The notes below the pieces were generated by a model that was given only the letters and a program-made list of their open reading frames with translations, ran no database searches and was not told the DNA's origin. This document shows, one piece after another, positions 13,586 to 26,181 of a stretch of 64,000 bases of DNA; the first letter of the stretch is position 1, and each line of letters starts with the position of its first letter. The stretch is from the human T2T-CHM13v2.0 reference genome, Homo sapiens: assembly GCF_009914755.1 (NCBI RefSeq), contig NC_060929.1; one strand, 5' to 3'. The position numbers were made by a program, and so were the translations under genes.

Positions 13586-16071
13586 GAAAGAAGTTAATAT
13601 CCACTTTAACTTTGGAGAGAATTCTCTACCGATATTGATCATGTAGTCAGAGAGATTTAAGTTTTCAATTTAGAAACCATAGAGAGGCAGGTGGCAAATT
13701 GGAACACAGATTTCATTTTTTCTGCTTATCCCAGCATTTGTGAGTGAGAAACAAGCAGTGAATTTATTTCCGTTAGAAACAAAACAATATAAAAATGGAT
13801 TTGGAGCTATTTCCCAAAAGAATTTTAGTAAGACAGTGAGGTTAAATGAGCTCCAGCCCCTTTGTGTTTTTTGAACTCTGTTCAGTGAGCATCTACCTCC
13901 AGCCATCTGCGGTAGGATCCCAGATGGGCAAATGCTGTGAATTAGTCTGAGGCCAGCTCCATTTTTATATTTTTCAAAAAGCTTTGTTCTTATAAAATAA
14001 TCTCCATGATTAAGGCAAGAAGAAAACTTATACTGAAGATTTGAATCTGTTATTATGACATGAGGTAAAAGAAACAAATTATGGCCAACCATCACTATGC
14101 CTGAAAATGACTGGTTTTCAATAGGGGATGGCTAAACTTCAGCATGCAGTGAGTTGCAAAAAAAAAAAAAAAAAAAAATTATCACAGTCTCTGAGCAAAC
14201 AGGTGCCTTATAAGTGAAAATAAGTTAACATTTGATTCTCTAGTCATTGATGATAAACAGGTTTTATTTTCTTAAATTAAAAGCAACTCTTGGTCTTTAA
14301 ATGTTAAGAGACATCTTCTCTTAATATGTTAAGGCATACCTGTCTGAAAATCATAAGAAATATTCCAAATATAGCCATTTTACTTCATAGTACATTTGTA
14401 TGTGAATATTCATATGGTCATGCCAAGAGATTTACCTCATACAGATAACATTCACTCAGGGTAACAGAGTACTTGTATCCCAATTCCTGCTCAAATCTTC
14501 ACGGCTTTAGCAATTCCACCAGTGATGTTTCTAGTTTGTCAAAAAGACAAGATTTTTTTTGGCAAAAGGGAAGAGACTTCCGATTTGAAGTACTGTTGAC
14601 TCCATGTCCAAAATATTCCTTACACCAGATTTATCAGGCAACCTGTCTTGGAAGTGAGTTTTCTCCTTTGGGAGCCACCCCACAAAAGCCTATTTTTCTC
14701 ATCACTCAATTTCAGTATGGTTCTACAGAGCTGAGCCGCCATGTGTGACAGTGCTTTGATAGATATCATAAGGTCACAGAATGGTGGGAGAGGAGTGGAG
14801 AGGGTGCACTAAGGTGGTGTCCCCGTGCTCCTACTGTAGCCAGGAAGTGTGCTGGCTGCTGGATGGAAAATACCACCCTGGATTTCAGGGCAATTGACAA
14901 GGGACAATGCAGTGGGGTCTCCAGAATTCTATGAATGTCACTAAGTAGGAAAAAAGAAGAATCATTATTCAACATCCGCTTTCTCATCATTGTTGCTAAA
15001 CCAATGTCAAAGCAGGAGAAAAAATTTGGGAGAGAGGAAAATTGTAAAACAGTATTGAGAAGACAAGTGGTTAGTATGTAAGGAATGAATATATCAGTCA
15101 GGAGTTGCCTGTCTCATCCACGAATTGTCCCCTGGGGTGACAGTATGCACATGTGTGTTTTAGGATGTCTCTTCTGAAAGCATTTCTTATAACTCTAGCT
15201 TCTGGGTTAACGTTACTTTTCTTTTCTTGAATTTAGGGACAAAAATATGATGTTTACCTCCCACTCCATTAAAGTTATGTTTAAAAAGGTTAGGGAAGAG
15301 TAAGCATATTAAATACTAAGGGACAGAAACTTGTAAGCCATCTGTTTTGACTCTACCACCTTCCAGGTAACCTAATCTAATAATATCATCTAATTCTGAA
15401 CATATAAAAAGAAAGAAAACACTTCTTACAACACAGAGAATGAATTTCAACATGAAACAATAAGTACTAGTCAGAAGTAAAGGCTATGAGGCTGTGAAAT
15501 GCCTCAGAGGGTCACCAGCCAAGCAGGCACAGAATGGGTTACAAAGAGGTGTTGTCTCCAGTGAAACTCGAGGATGGGCAGTCTTTTTCTTCAGGAAGAA
15601 GATAAATAGGGTGAAGGTGATTGAGACAGGACAGCAAGAGCAAATGCTTCAAGTTGGAAAATAGCCTACAGTTTGGAAAACAATATGCAGCATGACATGA
15701 CCAGACAAGGTAGAAACTGCCCTCAGGTGATCAGGAGAGTCACAGGTAATGCAAACTGCCACCTGGAGGTGAACCTCTGTCCTGCATAGGGGCAGGACCC
15801 AAGGATGCCTTGTCTAGTGTTAAATAAAGGTTACTGGTGAACTACATTCATTTCTCATTGTCTCCAGTTTTCTTGAAATTGGTTGTCCTCCTTGATCTGT
15901 TTCATCATTTTTCTACATTTAAACAATAATTTTTAACTTTGGAGAGAGAAAAGGAGAAAAATATTAACCTGAGATATACAAATCAACCCCCATGATTTGT
16001 GGTAGAAAACCATCTTTCTATGTAATAATTGAAAGCACACAAGTCAAACGTTCTGTCACTTATTATCTAAA

Positions 16072-16392
16072 ACTGTGTTTTCCAATGGGGCGCACCAGCG
16101 ATCCAGAACACTTCAACTCTAGCTGGTCCAAATCCAAATGTGATGGAAATATAAAACACACACTGGAGTTTGAAGACTGAGTTCCAGAAAAAAAAAAAAA
16201 AAGTGCAACAGATCATTAATTTCTTACAATGATTCTATGCTGAAATTAAAATATTTTGGATATATTGAGGTAGTAAAATATACTGTTAGTAGTCATTTCC
16301 CTTGCTTCTTTGTACTTTTTTCAGTGTGCCTAGCAGATCATCTTAAATTACCTATTTGGCTCACATGGTGCTTCTATCAGACGGCACTGTTA
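16072..16392. mobile_element. MER33-like hAT element
   Basis: aaatataaaacacacactggagtttgaagact...attttggatatattg...taaattacctatttggctcacat. Confidence 0.7.
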
Positions 16393-16949
16393 TAAGACCC
16401 TTTGTCTACCAGTGTGCTTATTCCTTTCTGTTATACTTGGGAACTGTCATGTAAATTAAAATAAAATATTCATAGAAACCAACAAGGCCTCTTTGCTGGA
16501 GACACGTGATATAAAAAAAAAAAGTGTGTCATGAATTGCCAGCCTTCTCTCTCCAGACTAAGTAAACAGTAGGCTACAGAACTCCGTACACAGCCACATA
16601 ATATGAAAAAGCAGAATTGCCCTGCTTTGCACCAATGGTACAGCAGTCTGACCTCTATCATTAGAGCCGCATTTTTAAAACCACAGTTCAAAAAGTCACG
16701 TCTTCTTGCTTGGTGCTATGTCAGTAGACTAAGCTCTCACCACGTGGTGGTACTGATGGGCATCCTATACTTCAGTAACAGCTCATCAATCCCATCAATA
16801 ATTGCAACCTGATTTCCACCGAAGGCAGCCAAGACCAAGGAGGCAATGATGAGAAAAGTACAATCAGTTTCCTTGACCTCACAAAAATATATACACATGA
16901 GTTAATGGAAATACATCTCCTCACTTTTTTGCATCTATTTATTTGGACA

Positions 16950-18250
16950 TCATGTCAGTAAAATTTGCAAAAATATCACAATAGACTCTCATAAGCCCTT
17001 CACCTAGATTCCCCTGTTAACACTGTATCATATTTGCTTTATTATATTTGCCTCTGCACATGTGTATAGCTTCTATGTATGTATGTGTATAACAATTTTA
17101 AAAGCTATTTTGATATAAGTTACAGAAATGATATCCATTATCCCTATATCTTTTATCATGCTTTTCCAAAAAACAATGACATTCTCCTATATTACAGTTA
17201 TCAAAATCAACAAATTAATATTAATACATTTCTACTATCTTATCCAGACATTTGAATTTCTCCAGTTGTCCAAATAATGTCCTTTATAGTAAGAAAAAAT
17301 ATATCTGCTGCAAGATTCAATTTGGGTCAAGTATTGCATTTGATCCCCATGTCTATTTGTTGAGCTTTATGATGGAAGAGCTCTTTATTATTTCTTCTTT
17401 TTTCATACCTTTCATGACTTCGTGATATCTGAAGGGTAGAGGCCAGTTTTTTGTAGGATGTCCCTCAGTGTATCTGATGGTTCCTCATGATAAAGTTATT
17501 AGTTATAATTTTGGTTATAATTTTTGGCTGAAATATCAAGGACATCTTGCTGCGTCCTCTGTGCATCAAATCACTGAACTCTGTCCCATTGCTGGTGAAG
17601 TTCCCCTTGACCTTTGACTATTTGGTCATGGGCTATTTGCCAGATTTCTTTACTATCAAGTTATAAGTTTTCCTGTTGTAATTAATAAGTATCATATAGG
17701 TAAGTACTTTAAGACTACCATGAATAAATATCCTGGCTGTCATCAAACTCTGACCCATAAATTAGCATCTATTGATCACTTTTGCCTAAATCGATTTTTA
17801 GTATAATGGTTGCCAAATCATAATCTCCTAATCAAATTATTCCTTCAATATTCATTAGTTGGCATTTGTTTACTCATTTATTTATGTTTTATGTTAGCAT
17901 CTACTCATGGATTCTTATGTTATTCAATGTGTTATAATCTACCTCTGGCATTATCTATTTTGACAATCAAATTGCCCCAGATTTCTTCAGCGAGCCCACT
18001 TCAAGCTGGCTCCTAGTTTCTTATGACACACCCTCATCATTCTTTAAATATTTTCCTTAATTTCTGAAACAACAAGCTCTTCCAGTCTTATCTGAGTTCT
18101 CCTTGCCCAATTCTAGATTAAGTCACTTCTCAAAAAAATCCTTCGTTTGTTTTCATGGAGAATTAAGTTTAGAAACAAAGTAACATGTATCAAGTGTGTT
18201 CACTGCTACTAAGAATACTTCTAAACCCTCTCAGCTGACGGAGCTAGCAA
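16950..18250 (-). mobile_element. Old L1 (L1MC/ME-like) 3' region
   Basis: cttcacctagattcccctgttaac...ccagttgtccaaataatgtcctttatag...aaattgccccagattt...agccacttcaagctggctcct-type motifs. Confidence 0.7.
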
Positions 18251-18469
18251 ATTTAAAAAGAAATGAATGCGTATATGTAAATATATGTTTGTGCACACAC
18301 AGACCTACAAAACCTCACTTTTTAACACAAGTGATATGCCAGAGAGTATACCATGAGAATCAAAATGAGTATAATATGTAGTTTCTATCTACTAAACGAT
18401 ATATATTTTAGAAAAGGTTATCTAAAACAATCTTTAAAATGGCATTATGATTAAATTGTTGATCATTCT

Positions 18470-18910
18470 TTTTTTAATTAGCAAATAAAAATTATATATA
18501 TTGATAGTGTACAACATGTCACTTTGATATACGTATACGTTGTGGAATGGCTAAATCAAGCTAATTAATATGCAGGTATCTCACATACTTTATTTATTTA
18601 TTTATTTATTTTGGTGTTGAGAACACTTGAAATCTACTCTGTTAGCAATTTTCAAGCACATAGTACATTGTTAGTAGTTATAGTCACCATGTCATACAAT
18701 GGATCTCTTTAACTTATTCCTTTGTCTAACTGGAATTTCTTGTTCTGTGGCCAACATCTCCCTAACACCTTCCCTGACCTTCTGGGCCCCTGGAAACCAC
18801 CAGTCCACTCTCTGCTCCTAAGAGTTTGTCTTTTTAGATTTCACACATAAGTGAGATCTTGCAGTTTTGTCTTTCTGTGCCTGGATTATTTCACTGAAGG
18901 TAATGTCTTC
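18470..18910 (-). mobile_element. L1MA 3' end with TSD
   Basis: ttgtggaatggctaaatcaagctaatt...tttagatttcacacataagtgagatc; TSD aaattg(t/c)tgatcattct at 18453-18469 and 18911-18927. Confidence 0.88.
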
Positions 18911-20185
18911 AAATTGCTGATCATTCTGATTCCTTAATAATAAATTCATAATTTTACCACTCAATTAGCTCAATGAAAGACTCCAGTTATATACTAAATT
19001 GCAGTGGAAAGACAATTTATTGTCAATTGTGATAAAACTATTATAATGGAGATTTATTATTTATTATCATCACTTTAAAAAATCAAGAATAATAGAAAAT
19101 TCTTGATAAATTGCAATGTTTTATCTCTTTTGAACGTCTTACTTATTTTTCGCCATGCTAGTATGGAGTTGGCAGTGATTTGTGACCATTTCACAGATGA
19201 GGAACCAATAATTCCTAGAAGTCATGGAACTAGATCACAAATCAGGTTGATGTGTCTTCAAAGCCCTTGCTTTTTATCAATATTAGCTTTGATCAGGGGA
19301 TTGGCTGATTTTAACACCTTGCTAAGTAAAAGATAGATTTAATATTAAAACCTAGCTCTGAAGTTCCCTAAATGTTCACAAGCAGCAGCATTAAAGAGAG
19401 AATAAAATAATATAAAATCCTCTCCAATCACCTCTTAGAGCTCTAGCACATGAGAGTGAGACGAAAATTGGTTGAAGAACTTTTTCCAAACTCTACACAG
19501 CCCGAAGATTCTGGCATAGTCTGTAGGGAGTTCCAGAATCTTGGTGAAGAAGATATTTGTGTCTTAACTCTCTTATTTTCTAGGAGACACTTTTTAAAGA
19601 CTAGAGGGAAAAGTGGGCTTTTGTGACTCAGATCTGCTACTAAAATAAATACTTCATTTAAGTACAAGATCTCAGGTCCATTGTTCAAACCGCAACAACA
19701 GAAGTAGGTAAATTTCATTTTGATCTATTTCCCTTTATTCTTTGTTATAGATAGCTTTTAACCCAAGTATTCATATTTATGTTAATATAAATTATAAAGA
19801 GGAAACAAAGCTGTTTTACAAGAAATTGATGCCCGGATGCATCAAACTAAATAATCGATGATTGCTGTAACTGTGGGGGAAGGAATGTGTCCAGGCTTTG
19901 AAGCAATGTTCCTTGAATGGTCTGTCATCTAAGGAAGGACAAATCAGGATCACATCCACGGAACAAACAGGGCCACCTGACAGGAGGAAAAGGCTAATCA
20001 GGAATTAAGGGAGGTAATGACTCGTAACAAGTAGGGCCGCCTTAGTCCCGTGGCCTGACCTGCTGAGGAAACGAGCCCCTGCTCAGGCTGGATTAACACC
20101 TTTACATGCATCTGTCTTCATCCCCTCAAACAGTGAGTTAATTGGGATGGAAAATGAAAGCTTGAGAAAAATAAATTGCACCTAC

Positions 20186-20231
20186 CTGGATAAGAGACAG
20201 ATCCTCAAGCTGTAACCTGAAGAGGTAGTTT
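20186..20231 (-). CDS. SEMA5A: SEMA5A coding exon (probably exon 5, ~aa 75-90)
   Basis: Minus strand reads ttttgtattttgcag|A AAC TAC CTC TTC AGG TTA CAG CTT GAG GAT CTG TCT CTT ATC CAG|gtaggt = (R)NYLFRLQLEDLSLIQ. 46 nt; completes the AG|A Arg codon left by the 39528-39627 exon. Confidence 0.97.
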
Positions 20232-20730
20232 CTGCAAAATACAAAAACAGAGCAGTTTTATTTTTAATAGATCACAGAAAGTTAAGAGTTTATAAAAATT
20301 TCAAGAACAAAGAAAATAATAATTTTGACTTCAAAAGCATCTTCTTTCTAAGAATATGTTCAGCACTACTTTCCTTGGATCTTAGAGTACAAAGAGGAAT
20401 TCAAGAGGTCAACAAATACACATTAGAGATTGGTGAGAAAGCTAACGAATAAGTGGGGTGTGTCTGTACATACTTACGGTAAGTGTAAGTCATTAACTGG
20501 ATCTCTTGATCTATATGGAATAAATAAAAGGACATGGGCATTCCATTCTGAAACTCTTTTACTTAAGATGATGTACAACTATTCCTCATAGGTCTTCCTT
20601 TATAATTATCACCTAAATTCACCATGTTTTATAATTAAGATTTTGAATTCAAGCAATGCTCTGAGGTTCACAGTACTCTACCTTGTAAGATGGATTCAGT
20701 ACGTAATAAACGTTTAGAAATATGAACTTG

Positions 20731-21045
20731 GGCCCGGCATGGTGGTTCACACCTGTAATCCCAGCACTTTGGGAGGCTGAGGCAGGAGGATATTTTGATC
20801 CTGAGAGGCAGAGGTTGCCAGGCTCCTGGGAACCATGGCAAAATCTGTCTCTACAAAAAATACAAAAGTTATCCAGGCATATTGGCTTATGCCTATAGTC
20901 CCAGCTACTCAGGAGGCTGAGGCAGGAGGATGCTTTGGTCCTGGGAGGTGGAGGTTGCAGTAAGCTGTGATCACACCACTGCAGTTCAGCCAGGGTGACA
21001 GGGCGAGACCCTGTCTCAAAAATAAATAAATAAATAATAAATACA
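20731..21045 (+). mobile_element. AluJ-like SINE
   Basis: ggcccggcatggtggttcacacctgtaatcccagcactttgggagg...gagaccctgtctcaaaaataaataa. Confidence 0.92.
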
Positions 21046-22247
21046 TAAATATAACTTGCATTATATAGGATTTGGTTTAAAAAGAAAAGAAAAGAAACAT
21101 GAACTTGGTGGTCTGCCCAAAGGAAACTGATGACATCAAGGGCTTCAAAGAGTCAAGTTTCACTGCCCAAGTATAAAATAGGAAATTAGAGAAAAGTAAA
21201 ATATCAATTTCAACAAAGAAGGGGAAGAATAGTGAAACATGCAGTGGAGATCAGTAGAGGACACAGAAAAAAGATAGATTAGTTACACTGGGCTTTGGAC
21301 TCTAGTGTTGTAGGTTTTAGAAACAACTCATTAACCTACCTCAGTATTCTTTGCTTCAGCCTCTAACTGAAATCCTGGCATCATGTAAATGGGAAGATGG
21401 GGCGGGGATGTGCACCAGCAGCACCCCAAAGAGGAAGGGAGGAGAAAGCCAGCCTAAGTGCAAATAATAATGTCAAGAACATGCTGGCACATAATGGTAA
21501 GCAAACTCTAAGATGCAAATGAGCACGAGGTGGGATCTCCAAGAAGCCAAGGATGCTGTTATAATGGGCTGGTCCAAGGTCACTTCTTATTGGTTTTACA
21601 ACACCTATAAGACATAAATGTTGACTATTTTCACTATCGTGGGCGGGGGGTGGGGGTAGGTATATAAACTGGACATATATCCCAGTAGAAGTGACAAGTG
21701 ACAGCCAAAGAGGCCCAAGGGCATAGCCTTGAGATGACCAAGAAACATCCCTATGAGTTATGGACAGAGTTAGGGAGGACAAAGCCCCCATGGAAGCCGG
21801 CACTCAGAAGCACATGTACACACACAGCTGAAGGATGAAAGAGGACTAGGCTCACATTCAGGTAGTCTCATGAGTCCAGGCATTGCCTCCTGGGCATTCA
21901 GGTTTCACACAGTTTGCCTCCTCACATGGGGGTACCACCTCTCTAAACCGAGTGAAAACAGCCTCACCCAAACCACAGCAATAGTCTCCTTACCACACTC
22001 TTTCCACCTTTCAAATCTCACCTCTGATATACCCCAAGAGAAGCTCCCAGAAGCACTGCTTGGCACATGCCACCTCCATCACAAAGCCATTTCAGGAAAC
22101 ATTCCCCTGTCCTTTATTATAATGCTACAGCCCTCTATGTAGAACCAGGTTAAGGATACCTCTGAGGGGAGGGAATATTACAGGAAAGTCTTTTGATTTA
22201 GTCAGTGCCATGAGAAGACTAGGACTCCAACAGAAATGTCATCTGCA

Positions 22248-22545
22248 GGCCAGGCACATTGCCCCGTAATCCCAGCACTGTGGGAGGCCAAGGTGGGCCA
22301 ATCACTTGAGTCCTGGAGTTCTAGACAGGCCTAGGCAACATAGGGAGACCCTATCTCTACAAAAAAAGAAAAAATACAAAAATTAGTCAGGTGGCATGGT
22401 GCATGCTTGGAGTCCCAGCTACTCAGGAGGCTGAAGTGGGAGGATCCATTGAGCCTGGGAGGTCAAGGCTCCAGTGAGCCACGATCCTGTCACTGCACTC
22501 CAGCCTGGGTGACAGAGAGAGATCCTGTCTCAACAACAACAAAAA
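22248..22545 (+). mobile_element. AluJ-like SINE
   Basis: ggccaggcac...gtaatcccagcactgtgggagg...cactgcactccagcctgggtgacaga. Confidence 0.92.
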
Positions 22546-22757
22546 GTCCTTTTCAGAGGAACAAATGTGAACTTGGTGCACATACAGAAGAGTATGTTGA
22601 AGCAGCCAAGGTAGGTGGCACTGGAGGGTGACTCGCATTTCAACATTAGCCAAGCTTTCACCCAGTGTGACCTTGAAACCAGCACACCTCCTCTAAGGGA
22701 AGCAAGAAATCTACACACACACACAGACAAGTCTTTCAGAAGCGGGGCTTACCAGTG

Positions 22758-23135
22758 TGATATAGTTTGGCTGTGTCCCCACCCAAATCTCATCTTGAAT
22801 TTTAATCCCCATAATCCCCATGTGTCCAGGGAGGGGCCTAGTAGGAGGTGATTGGATCATGGGGGCGGGTTACTTCATGTTGTTCTCATGATACTGAGTG
22901 AGTCTCATGAGATCTGATGGTTTTATAAGCATCTGGCATTTCCCCTGCTTGCATTTCTCTCTCCTGCCACCATGTGAGAAGGCCCAAGCTTGCTTCCCCT
23001 TCACCTTCCACCATGATTACAAGTTTTCTGAGCCCTCCCAGCCATGTATAACTGTGAATCAATTAAACTTATTTCCTTTATAAATTACCCAGTCTCAGCT
23101 ATTTCTTTATAGTAGTGTGAGAACAAACTAGTACA
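22758..23135 (+). mobile_element. THE1 solo LTR (THE1D-like, MaLR)
   Basis: tgatatagtttggctgtgtccccacccaaatctcatcttgaat...taaattacccagtctcag...aactagtaca; degenerate 5-bp TSD cagtg/tagcg. Confidence 0.92.
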
Positions 23136-23274
23136 TAGCGGCACCAGGGAAATTACTAGCCATTGTACACCCGTTGCCTCTATGAGCAGCTCAGCTCCCC
23201 ACCCTCACATATTTCCCACTGTCTTTCTGGTTTCAGGAGGCTGCCCCTCTGCTATGGGAGTCAGCATTACCTAG

Positions 23275-23480
23275 CAATTAAGAATATTCATGCAAAAACC
23301 AGAGTTCTGCCTCTATACAATCTCAGGAAGAAAGCATTTCTTTCTATGCCTTAGTCTTTTCATCTGTAAAATGGAGCTAATAATCAAACCCATTCCCTAG
23401 GGTTGTTGTGAGGTTTAAATCTAAGAAAAACACTTGGAATGAAGTCTGACCCATTGTAAGCATCAATTAATGGTGCCAAC
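23275..23480 (+). mobile_element. MIR SINE
   Basis: tgccttagtcttttcatctgtaaaatggagctaataat...ggttgttgtgagg MIR core. Confidence 0.75.
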
Positions 23481-25455
23481 TTCTATGTTAATTTTGTCAT
23501 TGGTCCTGGAATCCAGTCACCCTACTCCTTTTCAACCCACTGGCAATTTTAAGAAGGACTTCTTCAGTAAATATTTCCAATAAAAGAAACTCATTCATTT
23601 AGTAAATGAATTACCTAAGAGCTTTGGTGATATCTCATGGTTCATTCTTTCTTGCTTACTCACACACATACACGTGCACATGTATGTTCACACTATGGTA
23701 TCTGTCTCCAGAAACTTTCTTGAAAAGAAGCTTTCATACACAAAGGAAGAGCTGGAAGTGCATCAGGGCCTTGAGAAAAGACGATAGCACAGTCTGCAGT
23801 GCTCTGTAGAGCTCTGTGCAGATCAAGCAGAGAGCTCTCTGTCTACTTGGAGAGGGGAGTGGAGGAGACACAGAGATCGCCATCCACAACACCTGCTTCC
23901 GGTTTTCAGGTGTTTTCCATAGAAGAAGATAATGGCTTATAATAAAAAATACGCCACTTTCTCAGTCCACACCTCCATAAGCAAATATAACTCTTCTGAT
24001 CATTATTTTTCTGCTTCTCAAGTTCCAATGGGCTGTAAAGGTACCCCTCCTCTCCAGAAACATTGCTAGTGGAGTTTAACCATCTACCTCTTCTCCTTCC
24101 AAATACCTGAGAGCTATGGTGCCCTTCCAATCATCTCATCAGTAATAACAAATCAATATGGCAGAGGTATTCAATAGGGGAAAGGAAGGGGCAAAGAGGA
24201 GGGAGGGGCATGCTTACTAGGAAAAATAGCACAGTTACTATGAAATACCATCACCAGCACCAGCACCATCACCATCACCACATCCAATACCCCAGGAAGG
24301 AAAGCACCAGAGGATTTGAACTTTTCTTTTTGTAGTATTTTCTGGGTTGCAAGATAAAAATTGGTGATTATTTTACCCCATTCCATATTTTTAATCTAAT
24401 AATATAGAGTCTAAGAAATCAAGAACTAAGAGTCACTAAAGAGTATATACCCTTCAATTTATAGATGAGAAAACTTCTATAAATTAACAGCTGCAGTGAG
24501 ATTTGTCCAATACTGTAAGGTTTCAGAGAAAGTCCTGGGATTAGAAACAAGCCCCCCGTGTCTTGGTGTCCTTTGTCCCATTATGCCTCAAGGCCCCACC
24601 TATTAGTTATTCAATGTCACCTTCCTAATTTCACCTGCACCAAACATGCACACACACAGAAACAAACACAGTAACAGCTCTTATGCTACTACCATTTCAT
24701 AACTTCACTGGTCATTTACAGCAACATTTACAAATCATTTTAAGAAAATTCAAGTCTTAGTTCTGCTAATAACAAACTTTTGATCCTAGGCCATCAATTT
24801 TCACCTCTGGGACTGTGATCTGGCTGTGATGTATGTCTCCCCTTGAGGAGAACAGTTTGAGCCTACGGGTCTGGCTGTTTAAATGGCACCTCTTTTCTCT
24901 CTTTTTATTTTGCCTGAACAACTCCCTGCCCATACCTAATTCTAAGAATATCCCTATTTCTTAACTTATAAAATGAAAGAGATAAACTATACAATTATCT
25001 CAATGTATTTAAATAATACAAATTCCCAAAAGACTGTGACCATGTTTAGATATACACATTGCCTAACTAAGTTCTACGAATAAATGGCCATTCAACAAAA
25101 GTATTTTTATTATGGCAAATTTAAATCATTTCCTGAGAAGTGTTTTTCATGTGTTATTTTTCACAACTGAGTAACTTATTTCAAAATAATCTTAAAAGAA
25201 ATCTCAACATATAAAATAGATACAATAATTCTTTAATAGTATAAATTGATGTAATAAGTACTTATGTATTTGTTAATAAAATCAGTTGATGAAGCTTTCT
25301 TAAAAAAATTAAAACTCCACTTATCAGAACTATTTATCATCTTACACAGATCAACATCTATTTAATGTGTATATTCATGCCAGTTGATTGGTTATATTTT
25401 TGTTGATTTTTTATTTGTTTGATTTTTAAGGCACAGAGTTGGTAGGTGCTTTTAA

Positions 25456-25762
<307 letters not shown>

Positions 25763-25883
25763 TAAATATTAGTTTAATAAATGACTATGGTCCATGGAAA
25801 ACCCAAGTAGTCAAATACCTCACTACACAAACAGTTTAGTATTCACCTTATTACAATTTTCAGCTATTTTAAACAATATTTTA

Positions 25884-26181
25884 TTTTATTTTATTTTTTT
25901 GAGATGGAGTCTCGCTCTTCCGCCCAGGCCAGAGCGCAGTGGTGCTATCTTGGCTCACTGCAAGCTCTGCCTCCTGGGTTCACGCCATTCTCCTGCCTCA
26001 GCCTCCCGAGTAGCTGGGACTACAGGCGCCCGCCACCACACCTGGCTAATTTTTTGTATTTTTAGTAGAGACGGGGTTTCACCGTGTTAGCCAGGATGGT
26101 CTCTATCTCCTGACCTCATGATCCACCCACATCGGCCTCCCAAAGTGCTGGGATTACAGGCGTGAGCCACCGTGCCTGGCC
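25884..26181 (-). mobile_element. AluY
   Basis: gcaagctctgcctcctgggttcacgccattctcc and accgtgttagccaggatggtctc; perfect 14-bp TSD taaacaatatttta at 25870-25883 and 26182-26195. Confidence 0.96.

Noticed and set aside
23828-23841. 14-bp perfect palindrome cagagagctctctg
   Set aside because: Several 7-bp-arm palindromes are expected by chance in 64 kb.
24247-24282. (CACCAG/CACCAT)n resembling a poly-His/Gln coding tract
   Set aside because: Short simple repeat with no supporting splice sites or ORF on that strand.
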